From positions 736,001-800,000 of the forward strand of contig JAKFCY010000002.1 of NCBI GenBank assembly GCA_036676395.1: a stretch of DNA of 64,000 bases, read 5' to 3'. A program made the translations under genes and the position numbers. The stretch is from Bdellovibrio sp. GTDB taxonomy: Bacteria; Bdellovibrionota; Bdellovibrionia; Bdellovibrionales; Bdellovibrionaceae. Positions 48,859 through 56,854 of this stretch are shown in pieces. A model generated the notes under the pieces. It did not search any database. It was not told where the DNA came from and saw nothing but the letters and a program-made list of their open reading frames with translations. Numbering within the stretch: the first letter of the stretch is position 1; each line of letters begins with the position of its first letter.

Positions 48859-50601
48859 CTATTGAATATATAAATCTGTAGAAACAGCAAACGGTGTTGG
48901 GTTGCTCAAGTTTGAAGAGCTGACCGAACGTTTAACGTCTACTTGTACGCGAATTTGCGCTCCAGCTTTTAAAATTGAAGAAGCTTTGCTTCCTAATAAT
49001 TTAGCTAAGGTCACTTCACCGTTAGCTGCTTGTGCTTGTTCGCGGCTTACAGTTTGTGGCGTGTTGATTGCGCGTAATTTACCGTTTTTCACTTCGAATA
49101 AGCTTAATACGTACTTAGTACTTACTTCGCTAAATTGTTCAGTGCTGTCAGATAATTTGATGTATGCATTTACACCTTGTTGGTTTGGAGCAGTTAATTC
49201 TACTTTAGAAGAATCAGATAAAATCTGAATATCTTCAGAAGTTAAAACACGGCGGTCATAAACTGCTGTGCTAGAAAAAGATAACTGACCATTAGCAATC
49301 ACAGAACCGATACGAGTTGTTTTAACAACGGCCTTGATTTTTGTGTGAGCGCCAATTTGAGCTTGTACGATTAAACCAGTTTTTCCGTTAGCTAATGAAG
49401 TAGCAATACCTTGCTCGATTAAAGCATCAGTCGCTAAATCACGAACTTCAATCTCTGAAGTTGTTTGAACTTTAGAGTGAGTTATTGAATCCGAAAAGCT
49501 GACTACGAATTGATTTAAAAGCGGTGAGTACACAACTTGTAAACCTTTAAGTGATGAAGTTCCAGCATTTGCAGAATCAAATAGTGGTGTTAAACCTAAT
49601 TGCACGTTGATCACTTCGCCAGATTGCGATTGAGAAATCACTTTGTATCCATATAATGAATTCACAGTGGCAACAGTTACTTGGCCCGGTTGAGCTGAAG
49701 TTAAAGTTACTTTTAAAGTTTCAGATTCGTGTGAAGCAAGAACAGCGTCTTGTGGAAAAGAAACTACAACTTGGAATTGTAACTGACGGTCAAACACAGT
49801 TTGTGTTTCAGTTTTGCAACATTTTGTTTCTTCACGGTATTTAGTTACAGTGCGAGTGCGGGTCTCATCACGGTATTTAGTTTCGTCACGGTAACGAGTC
49901 ACTTCTTTTTGGTAAGGTACGCGCACGTTTCCGCACTGTTGTTCAGAGTATGGAACTTGAACGTTACGGCATTCTCTATCAGTGTATGGAACTTGGTGGT
50001 CGCGGCATTCTTGACGAGTGTAAGGAACGTTATTGCAAACTTGTTGGTTTTCGCAACGCTGAGTTGGACCAGTTCCGCTATCACATACGCGACGAGTTTT
50101 ACAAACTTGTTGCCCGTGAGCATTTGTACCACATTCAGTCACATCACGGCATTGGCCCGGTTCGCCAGGAACTAAGTAACATTTTTGTTCGTTACGGCAT
50201 TCTCTGCGGTAGTCAGTTACATTTTGGCAACGGCGTTCATTGCGGTAACGAGTTACGTTTTCACAACGTTGTTCGTTGCGGTAACGTGTTACAGTTTCAC
50301 AGCGATATTCATCGCGGTATTCAGTTACATAATCAGTATAAGGAACTTGAACAGTGTACGGAACTTGAACTGTGTAAGTTTCTTCGACCTGATAAGGTAC
50401 CTGAACTGTGTACGGCACTTGCACTTGTTCTTGGCGAAATAAATTTTTCGACAAGAGTACAGTGGCTTGGTGAGCGCTCGTTGCCGTGCGCGTAATAACT
50501 TGAGCTGTTTGCTCAGACGGTGCCGAATTGGCTGTAGCACTCACGCTTAATGCGGTGATGGCTGCAACAAATAAAGGCAAAAACTTTTTAAACTGGATCA
50601 T
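48859..50601 (-). CDS. Secreted protein with VPY/VTRY repeat and Cys-laddered beta-hairpin, followed by beta-sandwich-like domains
   Basis: Signal peptide; repeats TVQVPY and VTRYRNE; 14 symmetrically spaced Cys. Confidence 0.75.
   Translation of the reverse strand: MIQFKKFLPLFVAAITALSVSATANSAPSEQTAQVITRTATSAHQATVLLSKNLFRQEQVQVPYTVQVPYQVEETYTVQVPYTVQVPYTDYVTEYRDEYRCETVTRYRNEQRCENVTRYRNERRCQNVTDYRRECRNEQKCYLVPGEPGQCRDVTECGTNAHGQQVCKTRRVCDSGTGPTQRCENQQVCNNVPYTRQECRDHQVPYTDRECRNVQVPYSEQQCGNVRVPYQKEVTRYRDETKYRDETRTRTVTKYREETKCCKTETQTVFDRQLQFQVVVSFPQDAVLASHESETLKVTLTSAQPGQVTVATVNSLYGYKVISQSQSGEVINVQLGLTPLFDSANAGTSSLKGLQVVYSPLLNQFVVSFSDSITHSKVQTTSEIEVRDLATDALIEQGIATSLANGKTGLIVQAQIGAHTKIKAVVKTTRIGSVIANGQLSFSSTAVYDRRVLTSEDIQILSDSSKVELTAPNQQGVNAYIKLSDSTEQFSEVSTKYVLSLFEVKNGKLRAINTPQTVSREQAQAANGEVTLAKLLGSKASSILKAGAQIRVQVDVKRSVSSSNLSNPTPFAVSTDLYIQ
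49816..50433 (-). repeat. Intragenic coding repeats (VQVPY and VTRYRxE units)
   Basis: Repeated GGAACTTG and CGGTAACGAGT-like DNA units matching the peptide repeats. Confidence 0.8.
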
Positions 50602-50635
50602 TGTGTCCCCCTTTTATTGAACGGGAGACTTAAGA

Positions 50636-50650
50636 GCAACAAGAGTGCCG
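50636..50650 (-). promoter_or_regulatory. sigma54 -24/-12 promoter
   Basis: Minus strand CGGCACTCTTGTTGC (near-consensus GGCAC-N5-TTGC) followed by TCTTAA, 35 nt before the ATG at 50601. Confidence 0.7.
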
Positions 50651-50682
50651 AAAATTGTCGTCACTAAATGGTGATAAAGTGA

Positions 50683-51591
50683 CTATTCTTCACGATAAGC
50701 TTCGGGGATTTGAACTTCTTCAAGATCGTCAATATCGCCCTGAAATTCGCGTTGAGATGCCATTTCGATTTTTTGTGAGAGTTTGGAATCAAGTGTTCCA
50801 TCAGCGTAAGCAGCGATGATCTTAGAATATTTTGTTGTCGCTGCGATGATTGTTGGTGGGTTTGCAACTAAGACAATGCAAATGAAGGTAAAGCAGACAA
50901 TAGCTAACATTGATCCATTAATAACTTGAATATTTTTACTACGAGCTACTGAATTGTATATTCTCTTAAAAAAGAACACTGGAATTAAAGAGGCGATTAT
51001 AAATACTACCCCGTAAAACCACCACAAGCTTGTCGACCATAGCATTTCAGCGCAGCGCACGTTGCAACTAGCTTTGATCAAAAATTGGTACTTTTGAATC
51101 ATGAGGGAGCCGAAGTATTTGAATTGATAAAACATAAAGGCAATAGCAAACATTCCAAGAATGAATTTTTCACAGTATGCACCGTATTTAAAGTGCAGTT
51201 TCAAACGAGAGAAAAAATGATCTTCATGCCAGAATCTGTTCTTGATCACTTTGTCTGGGTTCTCTAATGCAAACTTTTGTAGCGCTTCAGGATCGTTTGC
51301 TTCTTCAGCCTTGAATCCAATAACGGTGTCGTAGCCATTGGCTGAATAATAAACGAGGAAATAATCCTTTTCAGGTTGTTTGGGTATATGGACTCTGGAA
51401 ATGTTAGTCCAATCAATTGGAATAGGCTCGTTGCGATAGGCTGATTTAAGGTTCTCCCAGGTGTAGAGGCGGCATTGTAAAGCCGCTAATTTAGATTTAG
51501 GCCTGATTATCAATCCCATAGCATTACTTATCGGATTTTTGAGCAAAAACTTGAAATAATTCCCGGCACCTGTCAAAGCTTTGGACAGCAT
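50683..51591 (-). CDS. Hypothetical membrane protein (3 TM helices)
   Basis: Soluble N-terminal domain, then three hydrophobic helices with a CxxxC loop. Start uncertain. Confidence 0.6.
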   Translation of the reverse strand: MLSKALTGAGNYFKFLLKNPISNAMGLIIRPKSKLAALQCRLYTWENLKSAYRNEPIPIDWTNISRVHIPKQPEKDYFLVYYSANGYDTVIGFKAEEANDPEALQKFALENPDKVIKNRFWHEDHFFSRLKLHFKYGAYCEKFILGMFAIAFMFYQFKYFGSLMIQKYQFLIKASCNVRCAEMLWSTSLWWFYGVVFIIASLIPVFFFKRIYNSVARSKNIQVINGSMLAIVCFTFICIVLVANPPTIIAATTKYSKIIAAYADGTLDSKLSQKIEMASQREFQGDIDDLEEVQIPEAYREE

Positions 51592-51653
51592 TTTTTCACT
51601 CTAATCTCATACCGTAACGCTCACGATTGGCGCACATTTCGTATTATAGAAAA

Positions 51654-51730
51654 GAGTCAGGCATCTTCAAAAATGACTGGTAGCCTCTTGCGTTTGAGCC
51701 CCTCTTGAACCAAGAGGTTTTTTATTTTTT
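51654..51730 (+). ncRNA. Candidate small RNA (about 75 nt)
   Basis: Upstream GG-N10-GT element (51629-42); AGTCA/TGACT stem; terminator CCTCTTG-AAC-CAAGAGG plus T tract, with no plus-strand gene upstream. Confidence 0.35.
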
Positions 51731-51748
51731 GCCTAAAAAAATACATTC

Positions 51749-51803
51749 AGGTAACAGTTCCCTTTTTGATATGCGCTGTGACGCATAAAGGAAACTGTTA
51801 CCT
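51749..51803. repeat. Long imperfect inverted repeat (REP/REPIN-like hairpin)
   Basis: AGGTAACAGTT...TATGCG-CTGTGA-CGCATA...AACTGTTACCT. Confidence 0.6.
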
Positions 51804-51865
51804 CTTCTTTTCGCACACGATACCGTTATAGCTATCGTATTTTGATTCGCGAAAGGATTCCGAAC

Positions 51866-53233
51866 GTGACTGCACCAATTCCTGAAATTAAACGTCTAAA
51901 AGATTTAAGTACTCTTGTGAGTTTATCAAAACGCCGTGGCTTTGTTTTTCAAAGTTCTGAAATTTATGGCGGCCTTGGTAGCTGTTGGGATTATGGTCCT
52001 TTAGGTTCATTAATGAAATTGAATGTTAAACGTGCGTGGTGGAATGCCATGACTCGTAGATCAGACATTGTTGGTCTTGATGCCGCGATTCTTATGCACC
52101 CAACTGTCTGGAAAGCTTCGGGCCATGTTGATGGATTCTCTGATCCGTTAGTTGATTGTAAAGATTGTAAAACACGCTTTCGCGCAGATAACACTGATTC
52201 TTATATTAATAAAAAACAGTGCCCTGTGTGTGGCAGCAAAAACTTATCAGAAGAGCGTCAGTTTAACTTAATGTTTAAAACTCACATGGGTCCTTTAGAA
52301 GACTCTGGTTCTGTAGTTTATCTTCGTCCAGAGACGGCTCAAGGCCATTTCGTGAATTTTCAAAACTGCCAACAATCGTCGCGTTATAAAATTCCTTTTG
52401 GGATTGCTGCGATTGGTAAATCTTTTCGTAATGAAATTACTCCGGGTAATTTTATTTTTCGTACGCGTGAATTTGAACAAATGGAAATGCAATATTTTGT
52501 AAAGCCAGGAACCGATGAGCAGTTTTTTAATGAGTGGAAAGACCGCCGTTGGAAATTCTATTTAAAATTCGGGATTCGTGAAGAAAACTTAAATTTTAAA
52601 CCGCATGATAAATTAGCTCACTACGCGCGTGCTGCCGTAGACATTGAGTATAAATTTCCGATGGGTTTTTCTGAATTAGAAGGTATTCATAACCGTTCTG
52701 ATTTCGATTTAACCCAGCATGCGAAATTCTCTGGAAAAAACTTAGAATATTTTAATGAAGCTGAAAAAGAAAAATTTATTCCTTACGTGATCGAAACAGC
52801 TGTGGGTTGTGATCGTTTATTCTTGGCATTCATGTGTGATGCTTACCGTGAAGAAGTAACGACAACAAAAGATGAAACAGGTAAAACTTCTGAAGACGTA
52901 CGTGTGGTGTTGGGATTACATCCTGAGATTGCTCCGTTTAAAGTTGCGGTATTACCACTATCTAAAAAAGATGAATTATCTCTTCCTGCAGAAGGTTTAC
53001 GTGACCAATTAGCCGAAGATTTTGATGTGACTTACGATGAGACTGCATCAATCGGTAAACGTTACCGTCGCCAAGATGAAATCGGAACACCGTTTTGTGT
53101 GACTTACGATTTTGAATCAGTCACTGATGGCGCAGTGACTGTTCGTCATCGTGATAAAATGACTCAAGAGCGTATTAAAATTAAAGAATTAAATGCTTAT
53201 ATTGCTGTTCAATTGAAACAGTTTAACCAATAA
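51866..53233 (+). CDS. glyQS: Glycine--tRNA ligase, homodimeric (GlyRS-1) type
   Basis: [72 protein letters not shown]; likely GTG start at 51866 after AAAGGA. Confidence 0.97.
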   Translation: MTAPIPEIKRLKDLSTLVSLSKRRGFVFQSSEIYGGLGSCWDYGPLGSLMKLNVKRAWWNAMTRRSDIVGLDAAILMHPTVWKASGHVDGFSDPLVDCKDCKTRFRADNTDSYINKKQCPVCGSKNLSEERQFNLMFKTHMGPLEDSGSVVYLRPETAQGHFVNFQNCQQSSRYKIPFGIAAIGKSFRNEITPGNFIFRTREFEQMEMQYFVKPGTDEQFFNEWKDRRWKFYLKFGIREENLNFKPHDKLAHYARAAVDIEYKFPMGFSELEGIHNRSDFDLTQHAKFSGKNLEYFNEAEKEKFIPYVIETAVGCDRLFLAFMCDAYREEVTTTKDETGKTSEDVRVVLGLHPEIAPFKVAVLPLSKKDELSLPAEGLRDQLAEDFDVTYDETASIGKRYRRQDEIGTPFCVTYDFESVTDGAVTVRHRDKMTQERIKIKELNAYIAVQLKQFNQ

Positions 53234-53252
53234 CAAAAAAGAATAGGACTGT

Positions 53253-55919
53253 GTGATGGAGACTACAAACACAAAGACTTATACAAGACCTGAAAAGTTT
53301 GTTTATTACTTCGCGGCGGGTGAAGCCGAAGGTAATGCAAGCATGAAAAATACCTTAGGTGGTAAAGGAGCTAATCTAGCTGAAATGACAGCTATTGGTC
53401 TTCCGGTGCCTCCAGGGTTTACGCTTTCAACTGACATCTGTACGGCTTATTATGCCGAAGGTGGAAAACTTCCTGACTGGGTTAAACCTGAAGTCTTAAA
53501 AGCGTTATCACGAGTTGAAGCTAAAATCGGTAAAAAATTTGGTGATACTACAAATCCATTATTGGTGAGCGTTCGCTCAGGTGCTCGCGCCTCGATGCCT
53601 GGTATGATGGATACGATTCTTAATTTAGGTCTGAATGATCAAACAGTTGAAGGCTTAGCAAAGTCTTCGAATAATCCACGTTTTGCCTGGGATTCTTACC
53701 GCCGCTTTATTCAAATGTACTCTGATGTGGTGATGGGAATGAATTCATCATTATTAGAGGTTACTCTTGAAGATCTAAAAGCCGAAAAAGGTCTGCACTT
53801 AGATACAGATTTAACAACAGATGATTTAAAAAAATTAGTTAAAAAATTTAAAGACCTGGTTCAACAAATGACAGGTCAAAGCTTTCCGGCTGACCCAATG
53901 GAACAACTTTGGGGAGCAATTAACGCCGTATTCAAAAGTTGGAACACAGCTCGTGCGATCACTTATCGTGAATTACATGATATTCCGGCAGCATGGGGAA
54001 CAGCGGTAAATGTTCAGTCGATGGTGTTTGGTAATTTAGGTGATGATTCAGCAACGGGTGTTGCGTTCACACGTGATCCTTCAACGGGGGCAAAAAAATT
54101 CTACGGAGAATTTTTAGTAAATGCGCAAGGTGAAGATGTGGTTGCCGGAATCCGCACGCCGCAGCCAATTTCGTTGTTGGCTGAAATTATGCCTGAGCCT
54201 TACAAAGACCTAGAAATAATCTATAAAAAATTAGAAACGTATTTCAAAGATATGCAAGATATCGAATTCACAATTGAAAAAAATAAATTGTGGATGTTGC
54301 AAACACGTAACGGTAAACGCACGGCAAAAGCCGCGTTACAAATCGCGTGCGATATGATTGATGAAAAAATGATTACTGAAGAGGAAGCGATCTTACGTTT
54401 AGATCCTTCATCACTTGATCAATTATTACATCCGACACTTGATCCTAAAGCCTCAAAAACTATTCTAGCAAAAGGTTTACCAGCAAGCCCAGGTGGCGTT
54501 TGCGGACAAATCGTATTTACTCCGGAAGATGCTGTTGAATGGAAAGAGCAAGGCAAAAAAGTCATCTTAGTTCGTGTTGAAACTTCTCCTGAAGACATTG
54601 CGGGTATGGTTGCAGCCCAAGGGATTCTAACAGCTCGCGGTGGTATGACATCACATGCAGCCGTCGTAGCTCGTGGTATGGGTAAATGTTGCGTAGCTGG
54701 TTGTTCAGAAGTTGAAGTGGATTACACCAATGAAGTCATGCGCGCTAAAGGTTACAACCTTAAAAAAGGTGATGTAATTACTTTAGATGGCAGCACTGGT
54801 GAAATTTATCTAGGTGAAGTTAAAACTATCGAACCAAAATTAGACGGCGTTTTTGATCGTTTAATGAAAATGGCTGATGGCGTTCGTCGTTTAAAAGTGC
54901 GCGCTAATGCTGACACGCCAAAAGATGCTATGACAGCCCGTAATTTCGGGGCTGAAGGTATCGGTCTTTGCCGTACAGAGCATATGTTCTTTGGTGCTGA
55001 TCGTATTGATGCCGTTCGTGAAATGATTATTTCTGACACCAAAGCTGAACGTGAACGTGCTTTAGAAAAATTATTACCAATGCAAAGAGATGATTTTTAT
55101 CAGTTGTTTAAAATCATGGAAGGCTATCCGGTAACAATTCGTTTATTAGACCCCCCATTGCATGAATTTGTTCCGCACTCTGATGAAGAGATTCAAATTT
55201 TTGCAAAACGTGTAAACCTTGATGCTAATCGCGTAAAAGCAAAAATCCAAGCGCTTCACGAATTTAACCCGATGTTAGGTCATCGTGGTTGTCGTTTAGC
55301 AGTCACTTTTCCTGAAATCTATCAAATGCAATCGCGTGCCATTGCAGAAGCTGCAGCAAAGCTAACTCAAGAAGGCATGAAGCTTGTTCCTGAAATTATG
55401 ATTCCACTTATTGCTACGGCGAAAGAATTAGAAATTCTTCGCGCGCAAACTATCGAAGTGGTTGATAAGGTGATGAAAGAAACTAAAACTAAATTTGATT
55501 ACCAAGTCGGTACGATGATTGAACTTCCTCGTGCAGCAGTAACAGCTCATGAGATTGCAAAACATGCTGACTTTTTTAGTTTCGGAACAAATGACTTAAC
55601 ACAAACGACGTTAGGTCTTTCGCGTGATGATTCTGGAAGATTTTTAGGAAGCTACGTCAGCCAGGGAATCTTTGCCAAAGATCCATTCGTAAGTATTGAT
55701 CAAATCGGTGTAGGCACATTAGTTAAGACCGGTGTTGATTTAGGTCGTCAAACTAAAGGCCAACTTAAAGTGGGCGTGTGCGGTGAGCACGGTGGTGATC
55801 CAGAGTCGATCGAGTTTTTTGAAAATGTAAATTTAGATTACGTCAGTTGTTCGCCGTTTCGAGTGCCGATAGCACGCTTAGCCGCTGCTAAGGCTCACTT
55901 AAAAAGGAAGAAAAAATAA
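53253..55919 (+). CDS. ppdK: Pyruvate, phosphate dikinase
   Basis: LGGKGANLAEM, SVRSGA..SMPGMMDT, GGMTSHAAVVARG, GIGLCRTEHM, FGTNDLTQ, CGEHGG. Confidence 0.98.
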   Translation: MMETTNTKTYTRPEKFVYYFAAGEAEGNASMKNTLGGKGANLAEMTAIGLPVPPGFTLSTDICTAYYAEGGKLPDWVKPEVLKALSRVEAKIGKKFGDTTNPLLVSVRSGARASMPGMMDTILNLGLNDQTVEGLAKSSNNPRFAWDSYRRFIQMYSDVVMGMNSSLLEVTLEDLKAEKGLHLDTDLTTDDLKKLVKKFKDLVQQMTGQSFPADPMEQLWGAINAVFKSWNTARAITYRELHDIPAAWGTAVNVQSMVFGNLGDDSATGVAFTRDPSTGAKKFYGEFLVNAQGEDVVAGIRTPQPISLLAEIMPEPYKDLEIIYKKLETYFKDMQDIEFTIEKNKLWMLQTRNGKRTAKAALQIACDMIDEKMITEEEAILRLDPSSLDQLLHPTLDPKASKTILAKGLPASPGGVCGQIVFTPEDAVEWKEQGKKVILVRVETSPEDIAGMVAAQGILTARGGMTSHAAVVARGMGKCCVAGCSEVEVDYTNEVMRAKGYNLKKGDVITLDGSTGEIYLGEVKTIEPKLDGVFDRLMKMADGVRRLKVRANADTPKDAMTARNFGAEGIGLCRTEHMFFGADRIDAVREMIISDTKAERERALEKLLPMQRDDFYQLFKIMEGYPVTIRLLDPPLHEFVPHSDEEIQIFAKRVNLDANRVKAKIQALHEFNPMLGHRGCRLAVTFPEIYQMQSRAIAEAAAKLTQEGMKLVPEIMIPLIATAKELEILRAQTIEVVDKVMKETKTKFDYQVGTMIELPRAAVTAHEIAKHADFFSFGTNDLTQTTLGLSRDDSGRFLGSYVSQGIFAKDPFVSIDQIGVGTLVKTGVDLGRQTKGQLKVGVCGEHGGDPESIEFFENVNLDYVSCSPFRVPIARLAAAKAHLKRKKK

Positions 55920-55921
55920 GC

Positions 55922-56611
55922 ATGCAAAGATTATTGTTAGTTGAAGATAATGAAGTTATGCGGGTGTTGGCCGCTAACACATTGAAAGAGTTTTCTCTTT
56001 CAATGGCTTCAACTTTAAAAGAAGCCCAGGCTTTAATGCAAACAAACACGTTTGACTTAATTCTTCTGGATATCGGATTGCCAGACGGTGATGGGCTTAC
56101 TTTTTTAAATCACTTAAGCAATGCATCTGGTGCGCAAACGCCAGTGATTATTATTAGCGGTAAAACTGATATTGCCAGTAAGGTGACTGCATTTTCTTTC
56201 GGGGCTGAAGATTTTATTTCTAAACCTTTCGATCCGATTGAATTAAAAGCGCGCGTGTCGGCTAAGCTTAGAAAAATTGAACAGGCTAAAACTAGCTCTG
56301 ACCAGTTAAAAATTGGCGATTTAATCATTACAGTCAGCAAACAAAAAGTAGTGATTCAATCCGGCGGCAATGATCAGATGCCGATTGATTTAACGACCTT
56401 AGAATTTAAATTGTTATTATCGCTGGCAAAATATCCGGAGCGCGTTTACACACGCGAGCATTTGCTTTCAGAAGTTTGGGGTAATGACCTATCTGTCACT
56501 TTACGAAGTGTTGATACGCATGTGGCACATTTGCGTAAAAAGATTCATAAATCGACGGTAAAAATCGACACCGTCATTCGCAGCGGTTATCGTTTATTAA
56601 TTAATACATAA
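55922..56611 (+). CDS. OmpR/PhoB-family response regulator
   Basis: LLVEDN, LDIGLPDGDG, KPF, winged-helix LTTLEF...RSVDTHVAHLRKK...GY; no adjacent kinase. Confidence 0.92.
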   Translation: MQRLLLVEDNEVMRVLAANTLKEFSLSMASTLKEAQALMQTNTFDLILLDIGLPDGDGLTFLNHLSNASGAQTPVIIISGKTDIASKVTAFSFGAEDFISKPFDPIELKARVSAKLRKIEQAKTSSDQLKIGDLIITVSKQKVVIQSGGNDQMPIDLTTLEFKLLLSLAKYPERVYTREHLLSEVWGNDLSVTLRSVDTHVAHLRKKIHKSTVKIDTVIRSGYRLLINT

Positions 56612-56854
56612 TTTTTGCGCTAAAAATCTGCAGCTAAATTTGTAGGCTCTGTCTTAGGATAAGAAATGTGCAGCCTCATATATATAGACATGCAGCGTTG
56701 CGGCAAGGCCGACCAAAACTCTCAAAAGCAATTGTTTCATCGTTGACTCACTATCCCGACCAAAGGACAGTTATAGAGTAGTTATAAGCTCTATATGGTG
56801 TCTTATGGAATTCATAAGACTATAAACCATTTTCTTCGCAAAAGGAGTTTTGCT

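Noticed and set aside
49816..50433. CRISPR array or non-coding tandem repeat
   Set aside because: The repeats are degenerate, codon-phased and inside an intact ORF, with no repeat-spacer structure.
51600..51865. T-box riboswitch upstream of glyQS
   Set aside because: No T-box consensus (GGTGG-ACC-CG type) or Stem I motifs seen before the terminator.
56771..56830. Two AT-rich hairpins in the smc leader
   Set aside because: Short and AT-rich with no recognisable riboswitch motif; not enough to call a feature.
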